From: Podarcis cretensis
Lineage: Eukaryota
Assembly: GCA_951804945.1 (NCBI GenBank)
Contig: OX638159.1
Span: 49,724,001-49,788,000, forward strand
Direction: 5' to 3'
DNA: 64,000 bases
The notes under the pieces were generated by a model. It worked only from the letters and a program-made list of their open reading frames with translations. It searched no databases and was not told the origin of the DNA. Position numbers and translations under genes: made by a program. Each line of letters starts with the position of its first letter. Position 1 is the first letter of the stretch. Positions 49,751 through 63,407 of this stretch are shown here, in pieces.

Positions 49751-51296
49751 TTCCTCCAGGCACACCTACAGTTAGTTGGATGTTAGAAAAGGTGCACATA
49801 TCTATTGCTGGCAAAGTGCAATTTGGCTACAAAGGAAGCAGTAGCTGTGGGAAGACGTGTGAATCCCCCACCCCAAAACATGCACACAAATTGCCCTTAC
49901 TGGCTGGAGAACAAGTGTATTGCAGCAAATGAATAGTTTGTCCATTCTTCATGCTATAATATTAAAAAAAATTAATATTATAATAGATGAGTGCTGAAGA
50001 GGGGTATGATTTGAATATGCATAAGAAAATGAGTGTGTGATGGCTTGTACCCATTATAGTGTTATTATGCCTGTAAAAAGTAAGGACAACCCCAGAGTAA
50101 AAATAGATCCTGACATACCTAGTTTACTAAAAATTGTTTTTCAGTTAAAGTTCAGGCACAGTCCATTTTTATTAAATGATTCTGCACTCTTACAGGAAAT
50201 TGGCTTTAGGCTTTGCTTTTCAAAATTATTAATGCTACCTCTGTTACTGGTTTGGGGGTAGAATTTAATAAATGCTGCTTTTATTTCAGATCCAGTATTC
50301 TGAGCTGGGATGATTTTATAACCTTGGCTATTTGGCCTTTTGAGGTTAGCAAGGCCACCCATGGCTTGTTTTTTCTTCTCATTTAAAAGCAAGGGGAAAA
50401 TCAACTAATTTAACAAACATTCCAGCAAGGTTGGCTGGATAGAGCGGGGTTGCATTGTTTGGTGGGATCAGAGTTTTGTCACTCTAAGAGGCATTTCTGC
50501 AACATTCTCTAATGTCGGAGAGAATGAAGAGCAGGCCTTATTTGATTTATAACTTTTCTTGTTGAAAGAATGTGCACCAGTGCATTAAATGAATTATTTT
50601 AATCAGATATTCTCTCTTTCTCTCTAATGAGCAGGTCAGTTAGACAACATTTGTCAATGAGAGTTGAAGGCACTGCCAGTCCTCTGAAGCAACAATTTAG
50701 CATTGTGTTGATTATCTTTAAAAAGCTACATGGGAGGCAACAGAAATTGGAATGCTTGTCAGCTGGTCCATAATTTCCATGCCAAATACTCCCACTTATC
50801 TGTCTTCCAATTCCCCCAACTTCTCTCTCTCTCACGCGCGCGCGCGCGCACGCACGCACACACACACACACACACAGGCATTCCCCCCCCCCCCAAAAAA
50901 AAACGTTATCCATTAATTGGGACTATACAGTCACAGAGAGTGGAGGTGATGGAAGATTGCTAAGCACTTCCTAAAAATCTCTTTAAAAGAAAGCAAAAAT
51001 GTGACATGTTCAGTGGTGTGTGCACCACTTGTCTTTTTCCAAACCAGCCAAGTAGGATTAATGACAGGCAGGCTTTTGTGTCCTCTTTTAAATGCACCAG
51101 GAGAGAAAGGAGAGGAAATAAATAGGCTGCTGCCAAGGAATAATTTGTACAAATGAATAGAACTTTTCAGTATCTGGAGTGCTTTGCTAATTGTCTTTGA
51201 AAGAATAAAAGCAAACCACAGATTTGCTTTCAGTGGCAAGAAAAGCCGAATTCACATGGCAGCTTATGTTTTGCTGACAGAATCAATCCACTATTA

Positions 51297-51620
51297 CAGT
51301 GGTGCCTCGCAAGACGAAAAGAATCTGTTCCGCGATTCTCTTCATATAGCGGTTTTTTCGTCTTGCGAAGCAAGCCCATTGACGGCTTAGCGGATTAGCG
51401 CTATTAGCGGCTTAGCGCCTTAGCGGATGAGCTGATAAGCGGCTTAGCGGCTTAGAAAAAAGGGGGGAGGAAAAAACCCCGCAGGAACTTGCAAGACATT
51501 TTTGTCTTGCGAAGCAAGCCCATAGGGAAATTCGTTTTGCGAAGCGCCTCCAAAACGGAAAACCCTTTCGTCTAGCGGGTTTTCTGTCTTGTGAGGCGTT
51601 CGTCTTGCGGGGCACCACTG
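51297..51620. mobile_element. Tigger-like MITE, family A
   Basis: TA flanks, TIRs, close to 348-699. Confidence 0.88.
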
Positions 51621-52562
51621 TAATTAGAAGTTTGTGGCATGACTGCATAGCCACCAAAGTCAGCAAGATCTTTCCCACTATCTTTGTTGAGAGGATAAAG
51701 CCCAAGATATCTGATGTTTACTGACAATGAATAAAATTACACTCTTATTTTTCCTTATGCCCCCCAATGCATTTTTGTCCCTTGTTTATGTGGACATTTT
51801 GAAACAGACTACATCTACCCAGTCCAGGCCCATTCAATGTTATGTTTAGTACTTTAGCAACCTAATCCTTAGGTCCATTTATTGGTTTTCAGCATATTAT
51901 CCCCAGTTGGAATCTCAGAGTGTTAGAACATAGACATCTTTTCCTTTGAATGCAATACTTGAGGACATTTAGAGCAAGTAGGATCGGAAGAAAACTAACC
52001 TGGTAGTATATTCAACATATTGTTATAAAGCAGGGATGAGGAACCACCTGCAGCCCTCCTGGACTACAAATCCCATCAGCCCCAGCCTGCATGGTCAATG
52101 GTCACAGATGATGGAAGTATGTAACCCAATAGCATCTAGAGGACCACAGGTTCCCCATAAGAAGATAACAAGAACCTGTTGGATCAGGTCAATGGCCAAT
52201 CATGTCCAGCATCCTGTTCCTGCTGGCACAAACCACAAGCAAAACCCAAGCACAAGAGCACTTTCCTCTCTTATAGTTTCCAGTAACTTAATATTTAGAA
52301 GCATTATTGCCTCCGACCAAGGAGGCAGATCATAGCCACCATGACCAGTAACCATTGCTCTAAGATATAACCATCCTTGCTGTAAGGTATTGCTGAGGCT
52401 TGGAATTAATTTTATGGTAACATACAGCTAGGGTGTAGGTTAACTGAAGGATTTCTAGTACATTTTTGCAAGGCAGTTTTGATGGATTCACATTCTGCAG
52501 ACCTAATCAACTTCAAACCCAGGGCATTAAAGCTGTGCCAATGGCAGTTTTTTTCTTTCATA

Positions 52563-52740
52563 AAATATTTCTGCATTGCTAGTCAAAGAGATCCACAGTG
52601 GTTTACAAAATCAAAATGAAGCCAACAATAAAAATAAGAAAATACAAATAGTACAAATATTTCTGCATTGCTAATCAAAGAGATCCACAGTGGTTTACAA
52701 AATCAAAATGAAGCCAACAATGAAATAAGAAAATACAAAT
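52563..52740. repeat. ~92-bp tandem duplication
   Basis: aaatatttctgcattgcta...aaatacaaat at 52563 and 52655; few differences. Confidence 0.92.
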
Positions 52741-53439
52741 TTCATACACCAGCAATAGCAGATTAGTGGCAGGATCAGAAACAACCACAATGCAATGTTG
52801 AACAAAAACAGTCAGCTTTAAATCCTGCCAGAACTGGAAGTTATAGGAGCCACGTGCTCATCACCAAAAGCAGCAATTCAATGTGTAGTCGTCCTCTGTT
52901 AATGCTTAATATTAAGTGAAGCAGTACATCATTGTGCTGTGAGTTTCCACACTTGCACTCCACTGCACTGTCTGCCACTTGTGGATATGGGAACAGTAAG
53001 TAATATCAGGTCATGTTTTCTGTAGTACTAGACATTACAGGGGCTGGGAGGGGAAAGAGGAGATGCAAGACTGTTGCTTCTGGTAGGAGCCACATAGCTC
53101 TTGCTATGCTTACTTTTGGCCTAGAGGGGCATTATTAAGTAGCACATCTACGTGCCAAAAGAAATGTGTGTATATCAACACCATTGAACTTATTGTGGAA
53201 TCTTCTTAAAGAACTGCAAATGCTATGGCACAAAATAGATAAAATTCAGTAGAAGGCAACAAATGGATCCTACCTGAGGCATATTCTTGTGGCGTGGGGT
53301 CCAACTCTTATTAAAATCTGTGGCCATTAGCTTGAATGAAATGTGGATTGCATCCTAAGCCTGCAGCCCTTCTGTTTAAGGTAAGTCAAAAAAATATGAT
53401 GTGAAAAAGGCCCAATTTGTTTTTATGGACTCCTATTAT

Positions 53440-53803
53440 GGACGCAGGTGGCGCTGTGGGTTAAAGCCTCAGCGCCTAGGGCTTGCCGATCGAAAGGTCG
53501 GCGGTTCGAATCCCTGCGGCGGGGTGCGCTCCCGCTGCTCGGTCCCAGCGCCTGCCAACCTAGCAGTTTGAAAGCACCTCCGGGTGCAAGTAGATAAATA
53601 GGGACCGCTTACCAGCGGGAAGGTAAACGGCGTTTCCGTGTGCGGCTCTGGCTCGCCAGAGCAGCGATGTCACGCTGGCCACGTGACCCGGAAGTGTCTC
53701 CGGACAGCGCTGGCCCCTGGCCTCTTAAGTGAGATGGGCGCACAACCCCAGAGTCTGTCAAGACTGGCCCGTACGGGCAGGGGTACCTTTACCTTTACCT
53801 TTA
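53440..53803 (+). mobile_element. Sauria SINE, young subfamily
   Basis: About one mismatch versus the 7277 copy; TSD TTATGGACTC at 53423-53432 and 53804-53813. Confidence 0.95.
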
Positions 53804-55049
53804 TTATGGACTCATGTATTGTTCACGTTTAAAGTTAAACGTTTTGAAAAGGGAGGGCATAGGGAAGATTATGTACAAGCAATGCAACATGTGAAAGAAA
53901 AATATACAAAGTAGAATCGGTTCTCTCATGTGCGGTATCCTTCAAGTGTAGCCCTCAGTGCTGGACATGTTGTACCCCAAATGAAGGAACCTGCATTGAT
54001 ATTTGAGTCCATACTGTGGTTTGGTTCTCTGTAATGAAAAGCTGTGTGTTTTGAGCTTTCTGTTTCCATTAGATGCTAAAAACGTCTGTCCCAATGAGAA
54101 ATCTCCTGAGGGCAATGAGACCTTCTGAGCACTGTGAACCTTCACAGCTATGACTAAACTTATATATTTAGGAACGTTAGGTTTGGAGGAACATTGTACT
54201 GTGTTATATGAATGCCTTCATGCTCCCAGTACAAATTCTGTACCTACCCCAATGCATTAACCTTTGACTGCTACCATTTCTGACACCTGAAATTTAGGGC
54301 CAAACTAGATGTTAAATGCATTTAGCATGCAAGTGTTCTAAAATGCAGCTAGTAGAAGCTGATAATTACTGGGGTTGCAGGAGCCGGGGGAATTGTTAAA
54401 CCTTTCCATCCTTCATGCAGTTGACAATCACTCTTCTGAGGCCGCTGTCTGCAATGAGAGAGAATCTCCCATTGATAGACTTTTGTTAGGATCATATTAG
54501 GGGAAGAAAGAGTTAAACCCCACCTCTCCACAATACACACTTACCCACCACACCAGCCGTTTTGCTTTAAAAAGCTTGTGTGTTAAATGCAAAGATGTAT
54601 TTAATATGACATTAATTTGTTCCTTAATTCTGCTTCATTCAAATATATAATAACAGTGACTTTCAAAATTCTGGAGTTGTATTTTTTTAAAGAAGTTGAA
54701 ATGATATATAATGAAAATAAGTTGAAATGGTACATAATGAAAAGTTAAGCCTGAACTGTTGGGAGCTCTCTAGCAAACATTGCAGTGGTGTTTGTAGTGC
54801 ACAATGGTAGCGCACATAACAATTTAAGACAAGACAAGGATGGAGAGCCTGTGGATCTCTAGTTGTTGTTGGACTCCAACTCCCATCAGTCCTAGTTAGC
54901 ATGGCCAATGGGAATTACAATGCAACAACATCTAGGAGGCCACCCATCCATGATGTAAGAAGTGCCCTGCTGCATATCAGCCCAAAAGCATACTGTTTTC
55001 CATTGTGGCAGGTCAAAATCTGCTAGGGAGCACAAAAGTAAGAGGACTG

Positions 55050-55050
<1 letters not shown>

Positions 55051-55092
<42 letters not shown>
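55051..55092. repeat. (CTG)14 microsatellite
   Basis: Directly visible. Confidence 0.95.
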
Positions 55093-55094
<2 letters not shown>

Positions 55095-55650
55095 CCCCCT
55101 GGCAATTGGTATTCAAAGATACATTTCCTCTGAACACAGAGGTTTCATTTAGCCACCATGACTCATAGCTGTTGATTGAGCTATCCTCCGTGACCGTGTC
55201 TAATCATTTTTAAGGCAACATCTTTAAATTGCACATATTTGCAAGGCTAGATCCTACCTTGTTTTTGTGGCTTTGAATGTTGCGAGAGAGAGAGAAATGC
55301 CCTCACCCTGGGCTCCTAACAAAATTGAGTTTATTAATTTGGGCAGGGTTATGTAATTAATCTATGTTAACTTGGTGTTCCCTGGATATATTTGCAGTCA
55401 CACCCAGTCCTTCCCCAAAGTCTTAGTGTTGGTTAAACAAAACTAACAATTAAAAATATACTTTAACAATTTAAAACAGCACTTATAAAAACACACCAGA
55501 ATTCCCCGTCCTGAAACCAACAATATTAAAACTCCAAGCCTTACATTTAGTCCCCATTTACTGAAAGCTTGTCCAAACTAGTTTGAGTATATGTGCATTC
55601 TATTCTTTCTCCAAGCAGCACATAAAGAAGCAGTCCCCAGGTTTAAAAAT

Positions 55651-56023
55651 GGTAAAGCTAGAGGACCCATGGACAGGGGCGTAGGAAGGGGGGGCAGGGC
55701 AGCGCGCCCTGGGTGTCATCCCTGAGGGGGTGACAAAAAGGCACACCATGGGGGGCTCGCCCTGCCGCCCCCGTGCGTGGCAACGTGCAGCGGATCACAC
55801 CATCACCCCCCCACGCAGCTCACCCCCAACCGGGTGCACGGCATGGCCGCTGCTCCGGGTGTTCATGCAGCTAACTCCACCGCTGCCCCTGGACACTTAA
55901 GTCCAGTCAAAGGTGACTATGGGGTGCGGCACCCATCTCCGCTTTCAGGCCGAGGGAGCCGGTGTTTGTCCACAGACAGCTTTCCGGGTCATGTGGCCAG
56001 CAGAACTAAACCACTTCTGGCAC
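55651..56023 (-). mobile_element. Sauria SINE 3' half interrupted by a hAT-like MITE (55674-55885)
   Basis: SINE sequence resumes after an insert with ends CAGGGGCGTAG / CTCCACCGCTG and TSD CCCATGGA / CCCCTGGA. Confidence 0.75.
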
Positions 56024-58083
56024 AATGGAACATATCCAGTAATGGAACATCCTATGCACCTTCAAACCATTAGTTTGGTCCTGTGGTACTTTAAGACATT
56101 ATAGTACTATTTTCTGTGTACCCAAAACCAAAATAGAAACTTTTGATTATCTGAATTCGAAGTTCTTGCAATACAGCCTCAAACTGAGAGAATGAAACAC
56201 AAGAAAGCTATGCCTGTGTGTTTTGAATAGGAATGGACAGATCTGTCTGATTTGATTTCAGGTCAGTTTCACATGTGTTCATTCATAAGGCAGTTTTGCC
56301 TTGATTATACATTAATGTGATATTTTTTTTAAAAAGTATGAAGATAAATATTTAAATATTTAAATGCATATGTTATTCCATATGTATCTCAAACATTTTT
56401 AACTACATTTTTTTATAGTGGTTCATGTATGTCTAAGGTTTCTTTAGCCTTAATTACACATTTTTAATTGGTTGTGGTATGTTTTTAGAACTCCATTGCA
56501 AAATTCAGGACATACTCCAATCTATGTATTAATCTAGGAGGTGTGAACTAGGTCAGTTCACTTAAAAATGCAGGATGAAATTTTCCTCCATCCCTAGTTC
56601 TCTCTCAAGACTTGAAGCACCTCTGTTGTCAGATCTATTTTAATCAGTGCATATTTTCTGACTTTTGGGATTCTTAGAGCAAGTTTGTAGAGAAGACAGC
56701 TCCAGTGTAATAAACATTGGGAGTGTGCCACCACAGGGGCTGAATGGATGAGGCATTTGTATGAACTAGTGACTTCATCTGGGTGTCGTATGTGTGATTT
56801 CTGCAATGGCAGTGACTCTTAAAGTGTCCTTGTCCATTGGCCATAGTGGTGTATTTTGTTTGTTTTTAAATAAAGTTATATAAACTTAGTAATGGTTACA
56901 TACAGTTCAAAATGATTTAATTATAATACAGTATAATACAGAAATAAGTAGGGTATATTTATACTCTTATTTCCATTCAATACAAAAACAGATGCAAAAG
57001 AAAAGGTAGCTACACAAGAATACAAAAAATAAAAACAGAAAAAAACTAACCTAAAAACCCCCAGTTGTTTCCAATTCTCTAAATCAACAGTTGAAATACA
57101 CACACACATGGGCCTGCTATGCCAACCTTTAAACATCTTCTGAAAACTTCTCTATTCCCCCAGGCCTATGCAGGCAATTAAGAATACATCCTTCCACAAT
57201 GTTTAATTGATGCCCGTTTTAACTTTCCTGTGGTTTTTATTGTACAGACTTATCGCTGATATGAGAGATACCAGTTGCTAAAAGTGCAGTGGCTCTAAGA
57301 TCTGCCACAGACCTTTGTTTGTTTGTTTGTTTGTTTGTTTGTTTAAAAAAAAGATGTGCAGAGAATCCGAAGTGTGCATCGGTTTTAGGACCATGTCGGT
57401 ACACATTTAACTTGGGGTGGACATGCCCATTCCATGGCGTAAATTCTGTAGCTGCTGTTTTCCAAGTTAGCTGGCATGTGGATTTGTGATAACTGGTGAA
57501 TGAATCATGCAGAAAGCTAATTTTGGTGACATAGTAAGGGGTTTTGTAGTCAAAGAGAGGTAGGAGAACTATTACTAGCTGTTACCACCAGTATAGTCTA
57601 GTGGATGGACAGAAGCAAGAAAGCTTGTGTTCAAAACCCTGTGGGGCCACGAAGCTCACTGGATGTCTTCAACCAGAAATAATCTTTTAGCCAGGATGCA
57701 GAACCTCTGACCTTCTGGGTGGTGCTGGACTATAGGTCAAATTACCACACACACCTCCCAACTGAGACTGTGCAGCCTTTGTATGCATGACAGTAGCCCA
57801 GTCAGTGCCAGCCAATGACAGAATGGTGCATACCCAGTGAGGAAGCTTTGAGAAGACACAAGCCACAGCGAGGGATGCCACATTCCATTCTGGAGCATGA
57901 GGGTTGAGTCGCGTTGGGTTCCTGGTTGTGTAGTTTAGTTGAGATTGAATGTCTCTAGTAGCGGCCTTTTGTGTATGTCTCTGTGTGTGGATTTTTGGCC
58001 CACTCAAAGCACAGCCTTTGATTTAATTTGAATGTTTAGCATTCTCTGTTTGCTCACTGGCCATATTTTTTATGTATTACATA

Positions 58084-58339
58084 CCACATTTTTTGCTCTA
58101 TAAGACTCACTTTTTCCCTCCTAAAAAGTACGGGGAAATGGGTGTGCATCTTATGGAGCGAATGCAGGCTGTGCAGCTATCCCAGAAGCCAGAACAGCAA
58201 GAGGGATTGCTGCTTTCACTGCGCAGCGATCCCTCTTGCTGTTCTGGCTTCTGAGATTCAGAATATTTTTCTTGTTTTCCTCCTCCAAAAACTAGGTGCG
58301 TCTTGTGGTCTGGTGCGTCTTATAGAGTGAAAAATACGG
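58084..58339. mobile_element. Tc2/pogo-type MITE
   Basis: TA flanks; ends CCACATTTTTTGCTCTATAAGAC / GTCTTATAGAGTGAAAAATACGG. Confidence 0.8.
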
Positions 58340-58509
58340 TAGATAATCTGCCTTTCTCCCAAGGGTCTAAAGGCTGTGTACACTGCACAGTGTTTTGAAC
58401 ACATGGGGTATCCAAATGAAAGTGAGCATGCACACTCAGAACACAATAATCCAGGACAAGTTAAATACAAGCTTCATCTTCACAGGGAGCAATAAACATG
58501 TAACAATAA

Positions 58510-59419
58510 TGTTATAAGAAAAAAACTGCTCCTTTTTCCCTTATGGGGTATCCAAAAGCCCATATAGAGTCCTTATGTAGGTTCTCTATCAGTAGGAGAA
58601 AATAACAAAGGCTAACCAGAGAATATTGAGAAGCAAGGCAGCTAGTAAGCATGATCTTTATTAAACTGTTGCAGCAGGGTCCCCCGCTTACTCCACGTAT
58701 GGAGGGAGGAGAGGAACCCAGAACACTGGTGTGCAAGCTCTTATAAAGACTTTTGAAATTGCCTACCCTATAGCTCGATACCACCCCCCAAAACATACAT
58801 ACATCACAGAAAGAGGTGGTCCCTAGCAAAAATTTGAGTGTATTGCTTCTCTCCTGTCTGCCAGGATACCTGATAATGCCTTATCTGATTGCCTTTTCTG
58901 GGTAGCCTGGCTGAGATGGTAAATATTTACCGTATTTTTCGCCCCATAGGACGCACTTTTTCCCCTCCAAAAATGAAGGGGAAATGTGTGTGCGTCCTAT
59001 GGGGCGAATGCAGGCTTTCGCTGAAGCCTTGAGAGCGAGAGGGGTCGGTGCGCACTGATGCCTCTAGCTCTCCAGGCTTCAGGAAGCTATCCGCAAGCCT
59101 TGCAAGCCCGGCAGGAGTTCCCGCGGGCTCACAAGGCTTGCGGGCAGCAGCCTGCAGCCCGAAACACGGGGCACCCTCTGGAGGGCGCCCCGTGCTTTGG
59201 GCGGGTGTCCGCAAGGCTTGGGGCTGCAGCCGCGGCTGGGGGGGGGAAATAATTTTTTTTTATTCATTTCCCCCCCAAAAAACGAGGTGCGTCCTATGGG
59301 CCGGTGTGCCCTATAGGACGAAAAATACGGTAGTTCCTGGATTTCTTATGCATATTGATAGTGTGCTCAGCTTAACAGATTTGCCAGACTGTATTTACAG
59401 GGAGGTGTAAGCCCCTACA
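58510..59419 (-). mobile_element. Probable ERV-type solo LTR (antisense) containing a MITE
   Basis: Minus strand TGTAGGGG...TTATAACA, TATA-like site near 58741, AATAAA near 58657. No TSD found. Confidence 0.45.
58930..59330. mobile_element. Tc2/pogo-type MITE, young
   Basis: TA flanks; TIR CCGTATTTTTCG(C/T)CC(C/T)ATAGG; GC-rich internal hairpins. Confidence 0.9.
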
Positions 59420-61132
59420 GTCCAAAGACAATTGGAAAGCTTTTCCCATTTCCTTCCTCCTTGCACAGAAATATTTGAGGTCAATTTGGGAGTGTCAGAA
59501 TGGCTTCAGGATTGTTCTCCTGTGCTATTTCAGACACGTGGCTTATATACTTATGTATGTGTTTACCTTGTACATTTATGAACATTTATTGTATATCTAT
59601 AAGACCTTAGAATTCCTATAACAACAATAATAGGAGTCAATGCCTCTTTTGAACACCAGATAACAATGAAAGTTAATTGCAGGTGTGGAGTAGGCACTCA
59701 TGAGCTCAGGTTCCGCTTGTGGCTTTCCCACAGGCATCTAGTTGGCCACTGTGAGAGCAGGATGCTGGACTAGATGGGCTATTGGCCTGATCCAGCAGGC
59801 TCCTCTTCCGACCCCCAACCCTGTGTTAGCCTAACATAACCACCTTTTCATCATCTATCTGGTTGACAAGTGTTTGGGATTATCAAGAGACAAATACTGC
59901 CAGTGTGCCCTGCTTGTGAACCTTACTGAGTATGGCTGGCCACTTAGAGAACAAATAGAGTAAGGATAAATAGAACCAACCTAGCTTTCCTTTGCTCTAT
60001 GTAACAAAAAGTGATGTCAGCTTAATTCTGGAAGGAATGCGATGTCTGATGCAGAGCCAAAGGGTCTGTCTCTCCTAGAGCTTGATTCAAAGCCTATTTA
60101 AATCCATTTTTTAAAAAACAAACCTTGGCTTCATATCGGATCCTAAATCTAATGAAGTGGCAATTTGTTTTTCAATAGTAGGAAGACAATAAGAGGAACC
60201 ATTGGTGATGTATGTGTGTGTGTGGGGGGGGTAATATTTATGGGATTTATTGTAAGTTTACAAGTAAACATTGCCAGGAGCTTACAGCCATTTATTTTCT
60301 GGTTAATCACTTCAAAAACAGTGTGGTAATAAAAAAGATACAACTGGGAACCCTAATAAGATCTACTGTTTGCAGATAAAGGACTTTGCTTCCTTGTTTG
60401 TAAGCTATTTGTCACTGTGGTATATATATAATCCCCTTTTTTTTACTGTAGCGCTCTTGCACAGACCAGGGGCAGGATAGATTTATACTGCATCAAAAGG
60501 ACAGGCTGTGGCTGTTCCAGAATCAGTAAATTTTCAACTTTGAAATGTAAGGGTGGGGAGCAACCAGAAATGAATCAAAGCAAATTAATTTACCTCCTAG
60601 AGCTACAAAAACAAGGTGACTATTCAAAGGAAGCATAACCCTTAGGGCATGTTTACACTACAAATGAACTTTTATTTATTAAAATTAAAACATTTCTAGC
60701 CCACCTTTCTGTGTCAGATAAAATGCCCAAAGTACCTATTATGGTATTACAGGTAAATGAGGCAGTCACCTCAGGCAGTGGGTTTTAGGTATAACAAAAA
60801 GGCAGAATTGCTAGTTATTTAATTTATTTTTTGTTGTATTTTAACTCCCAGGAAAAAGGCTGGTGTGGGATTTTCAGTCTCAGGTGCCAAAATAATTTGG
60901 CCAAGCTTAGGTACTATGGACTTTGACTGAGAGTAAATGGAGGGCAAGTGCCATTTGCTGTTCTGCCTCAGAGGACAAACTTTCTTGAGCTGCTCCTGTT
61001 CCTTTATGGAATTTAAGACTCCAAATGCTTAAGGAAATCTCAGCACCTTATGTATCTGTAATGCATGACAATTCACTAAAAAAAATGAGCACTTTCCCAA
61101 ACCCTTATGAATATAAGCATTATGATACAATG

Positions 61133-61335
61133 CGGTTTCTGCACATGCAGTAGAGGGAAGTGAGGAGTAGATGGGGCTCATCAACCTGGGAAGTTAGACC
61201 TAGGAGAACGAAAACTCTGATCCTAAACCTTTGCTGCCTTCCGGGATATCTTTGGGAGAAGAAAAGGTTAAGAAGCAAACCCTGCACAAATCTGGAGTGA
61301 GGCCCCTGAGACGGTTGGCTGGCACCTTGCATGCC
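61133..61335 (+). mobile_element. Third copy of the RTE-like non-autonomous repeat
   Basis: Similar to 5950-6130. Confidence 0.55.
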
Positions 61336-63407
61336 TTCGTCTGGCATCAGCTCTCCAGGGTCTCAAGCAAAAGACTTTGCCCCCCACCTCTATGTGCAGT
61401 GAGCAGGTGTATGGGCTGTAGGTTTGCATGCTTTCTCCTTGCTCCTGTTGCCAGTACTAAGCACGGTAACCTCATATCACCCTTTTGAAATCTTTAGAAT
61501 GGACTAAAGGAAATGCCATTGACCTTAGGAAGAGATAAGGGCTCGTCAACATGCACCAATATTGCAAAATCATCTTAAGTGTTCACAGTGTGCTGAAGTT
61601 TTGAAATTTTGTAATGAACTGCACTCTTTTCGAGGTCTCTGAATACCATTTATTTTATCTGTACTGAACTCTTGTGCTATAAAACAAAAGCTAAATAAGT
61701 GTTCGTTGCCCCAAATCTAGGCCATATTTTTTTTAGACATCATAGCACCGCCAGTTCCTAGTTTTCACTGAGATGGTAAACCTGTGTCTGGAGTTCTGTA
61801 TTATTTCAGATTGTAGGTTGGGGCTGACATGATTGAATGCTTCTCCACACAATCCCCTCTTCAAGTAGAAAACTAAATATCAGGGAACTAAATTCTGGTT
61901 TAGCCTTCTTCCATTCATGCCAATTTTATTTGTGCAGGCATCTTTTTCATAATGCATACCAGGAAGGTTAAGTTAGAACCCCCCTATTTTATATTCTTCG
62001 CTCCCCCCTCATGGAAGAGTAGTCATGAGCCCCCTCTGGCTGCCTGAAGTTGTACAGTCTACCTTCAGGTTTTCTACCCTAGTGAGCAGGCCACTGTTTT
62101 GCATTTGAAAGCCGCCCATAATGTCTGGAAAGTGAAATGCTAGAATTCCAGTGATGTAATTGCCAACCTTGTGCCAAAAGATAACACTGTTCCTGCTTGT
62201 TAGCTAAGTAAATATCTGAGACCTGGGGAGTGGACAGTTAATATCATAACCCCACCCCCCTCTTATTTCTGCATACCATCTAGTTGCCCAGAAGGAGCTG
62301 ATAAAACATCTGGCACTACCAAATCATGGTAGCTAGGTGGCTCACTTCCAGGGGCTATTTCATCTTCCTCATTTGTGTAAGTGGCAGGTTGTCTGATTTT
62401 TTTTATTATTTTGCCTTATGGGGTTCTCTGAAAAGCAATGGTAGCAAAATGCCTTCAGGCATCAGAACTACTCCTACATGGATATCCCTTGTTTAGGAGT
62501 AGGCAACCCTGTCTCCCAACTTCTCCAAAGAACCTTTTATGTCCTCTGCCCTCCTGCTTAAGCCCTTTTTGACACTGTTTCTCCTATTAGCCATTTACCT
62601 CTGCTGCAGGCATCTCTTTGGGGTTCCTCCCAAAGCATATACCAGCTTCAGTAGGAGGATTTTTCTTGATATTGCAAGTTAGGTGCAAAGCTGCATTTTG
62701 TGTCCAGTTTGGCTCTAGGAGTCTCAAGGTTAACTTTAAACTAATCAGTCCTTACAGTGCGCTTTTGCTTGTTCTCCCATACAGGAATGCACATTCTCTT
62801 TCATCTAAACACACACAGATCTTTTATATACTCCATCAGTACCAGTTTGTTCAGGCCCTTTTCTGGCTCAGACTGGAATCTTTGCTACCACTTAATGATA
62901 CAGGCCTGAACCAAGCTTGATAGCTGAGAGCGATAGGCTGGCCCCACACTTTCTGCCCGTCATCATGAGTGATGGGACTGTAGATGTGAGGGTCGTTCCT
63001 GTGCTCTGTCACTCTCTGCCACTGAATTGTCCTGCCCCTCCAGCAAACATTACCTGAAATGGAAAAGAGGGGAAACTTTCCACATCGCCTCCATCGGCCT
63101 TCCATAGAGAGAGGTCTTCACATATGATTCATATGACCAATGGAAAGATAATCAGACTATGGGCAAGATGGAGCCTTTCTCCTGCCTCACGTGGCTGAGA
63201 TTCCACATGTCCCCAATTTGTATGCTACAGTTCTGTCTGTTCCTACTGTTTGAATGTCACATCTTTGCTCCATCAATGAAATGGAATCTTGGATTTTCAA
63301 CCTGGTGTTATTGGTTGAACATAACTGCTGCCTTAAGAGTCTTATAAATCATCTGTTAGAGTATTGTATAGTTTCTTTATTCTATTCTACGAAGTATTAT
63401 GAATATA

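Noticed and set aside
54892-55168. Poly-Gln / poly-Cys ORFs
   Set aside because: Translations of an intronic (CTG)14 microsatellite.
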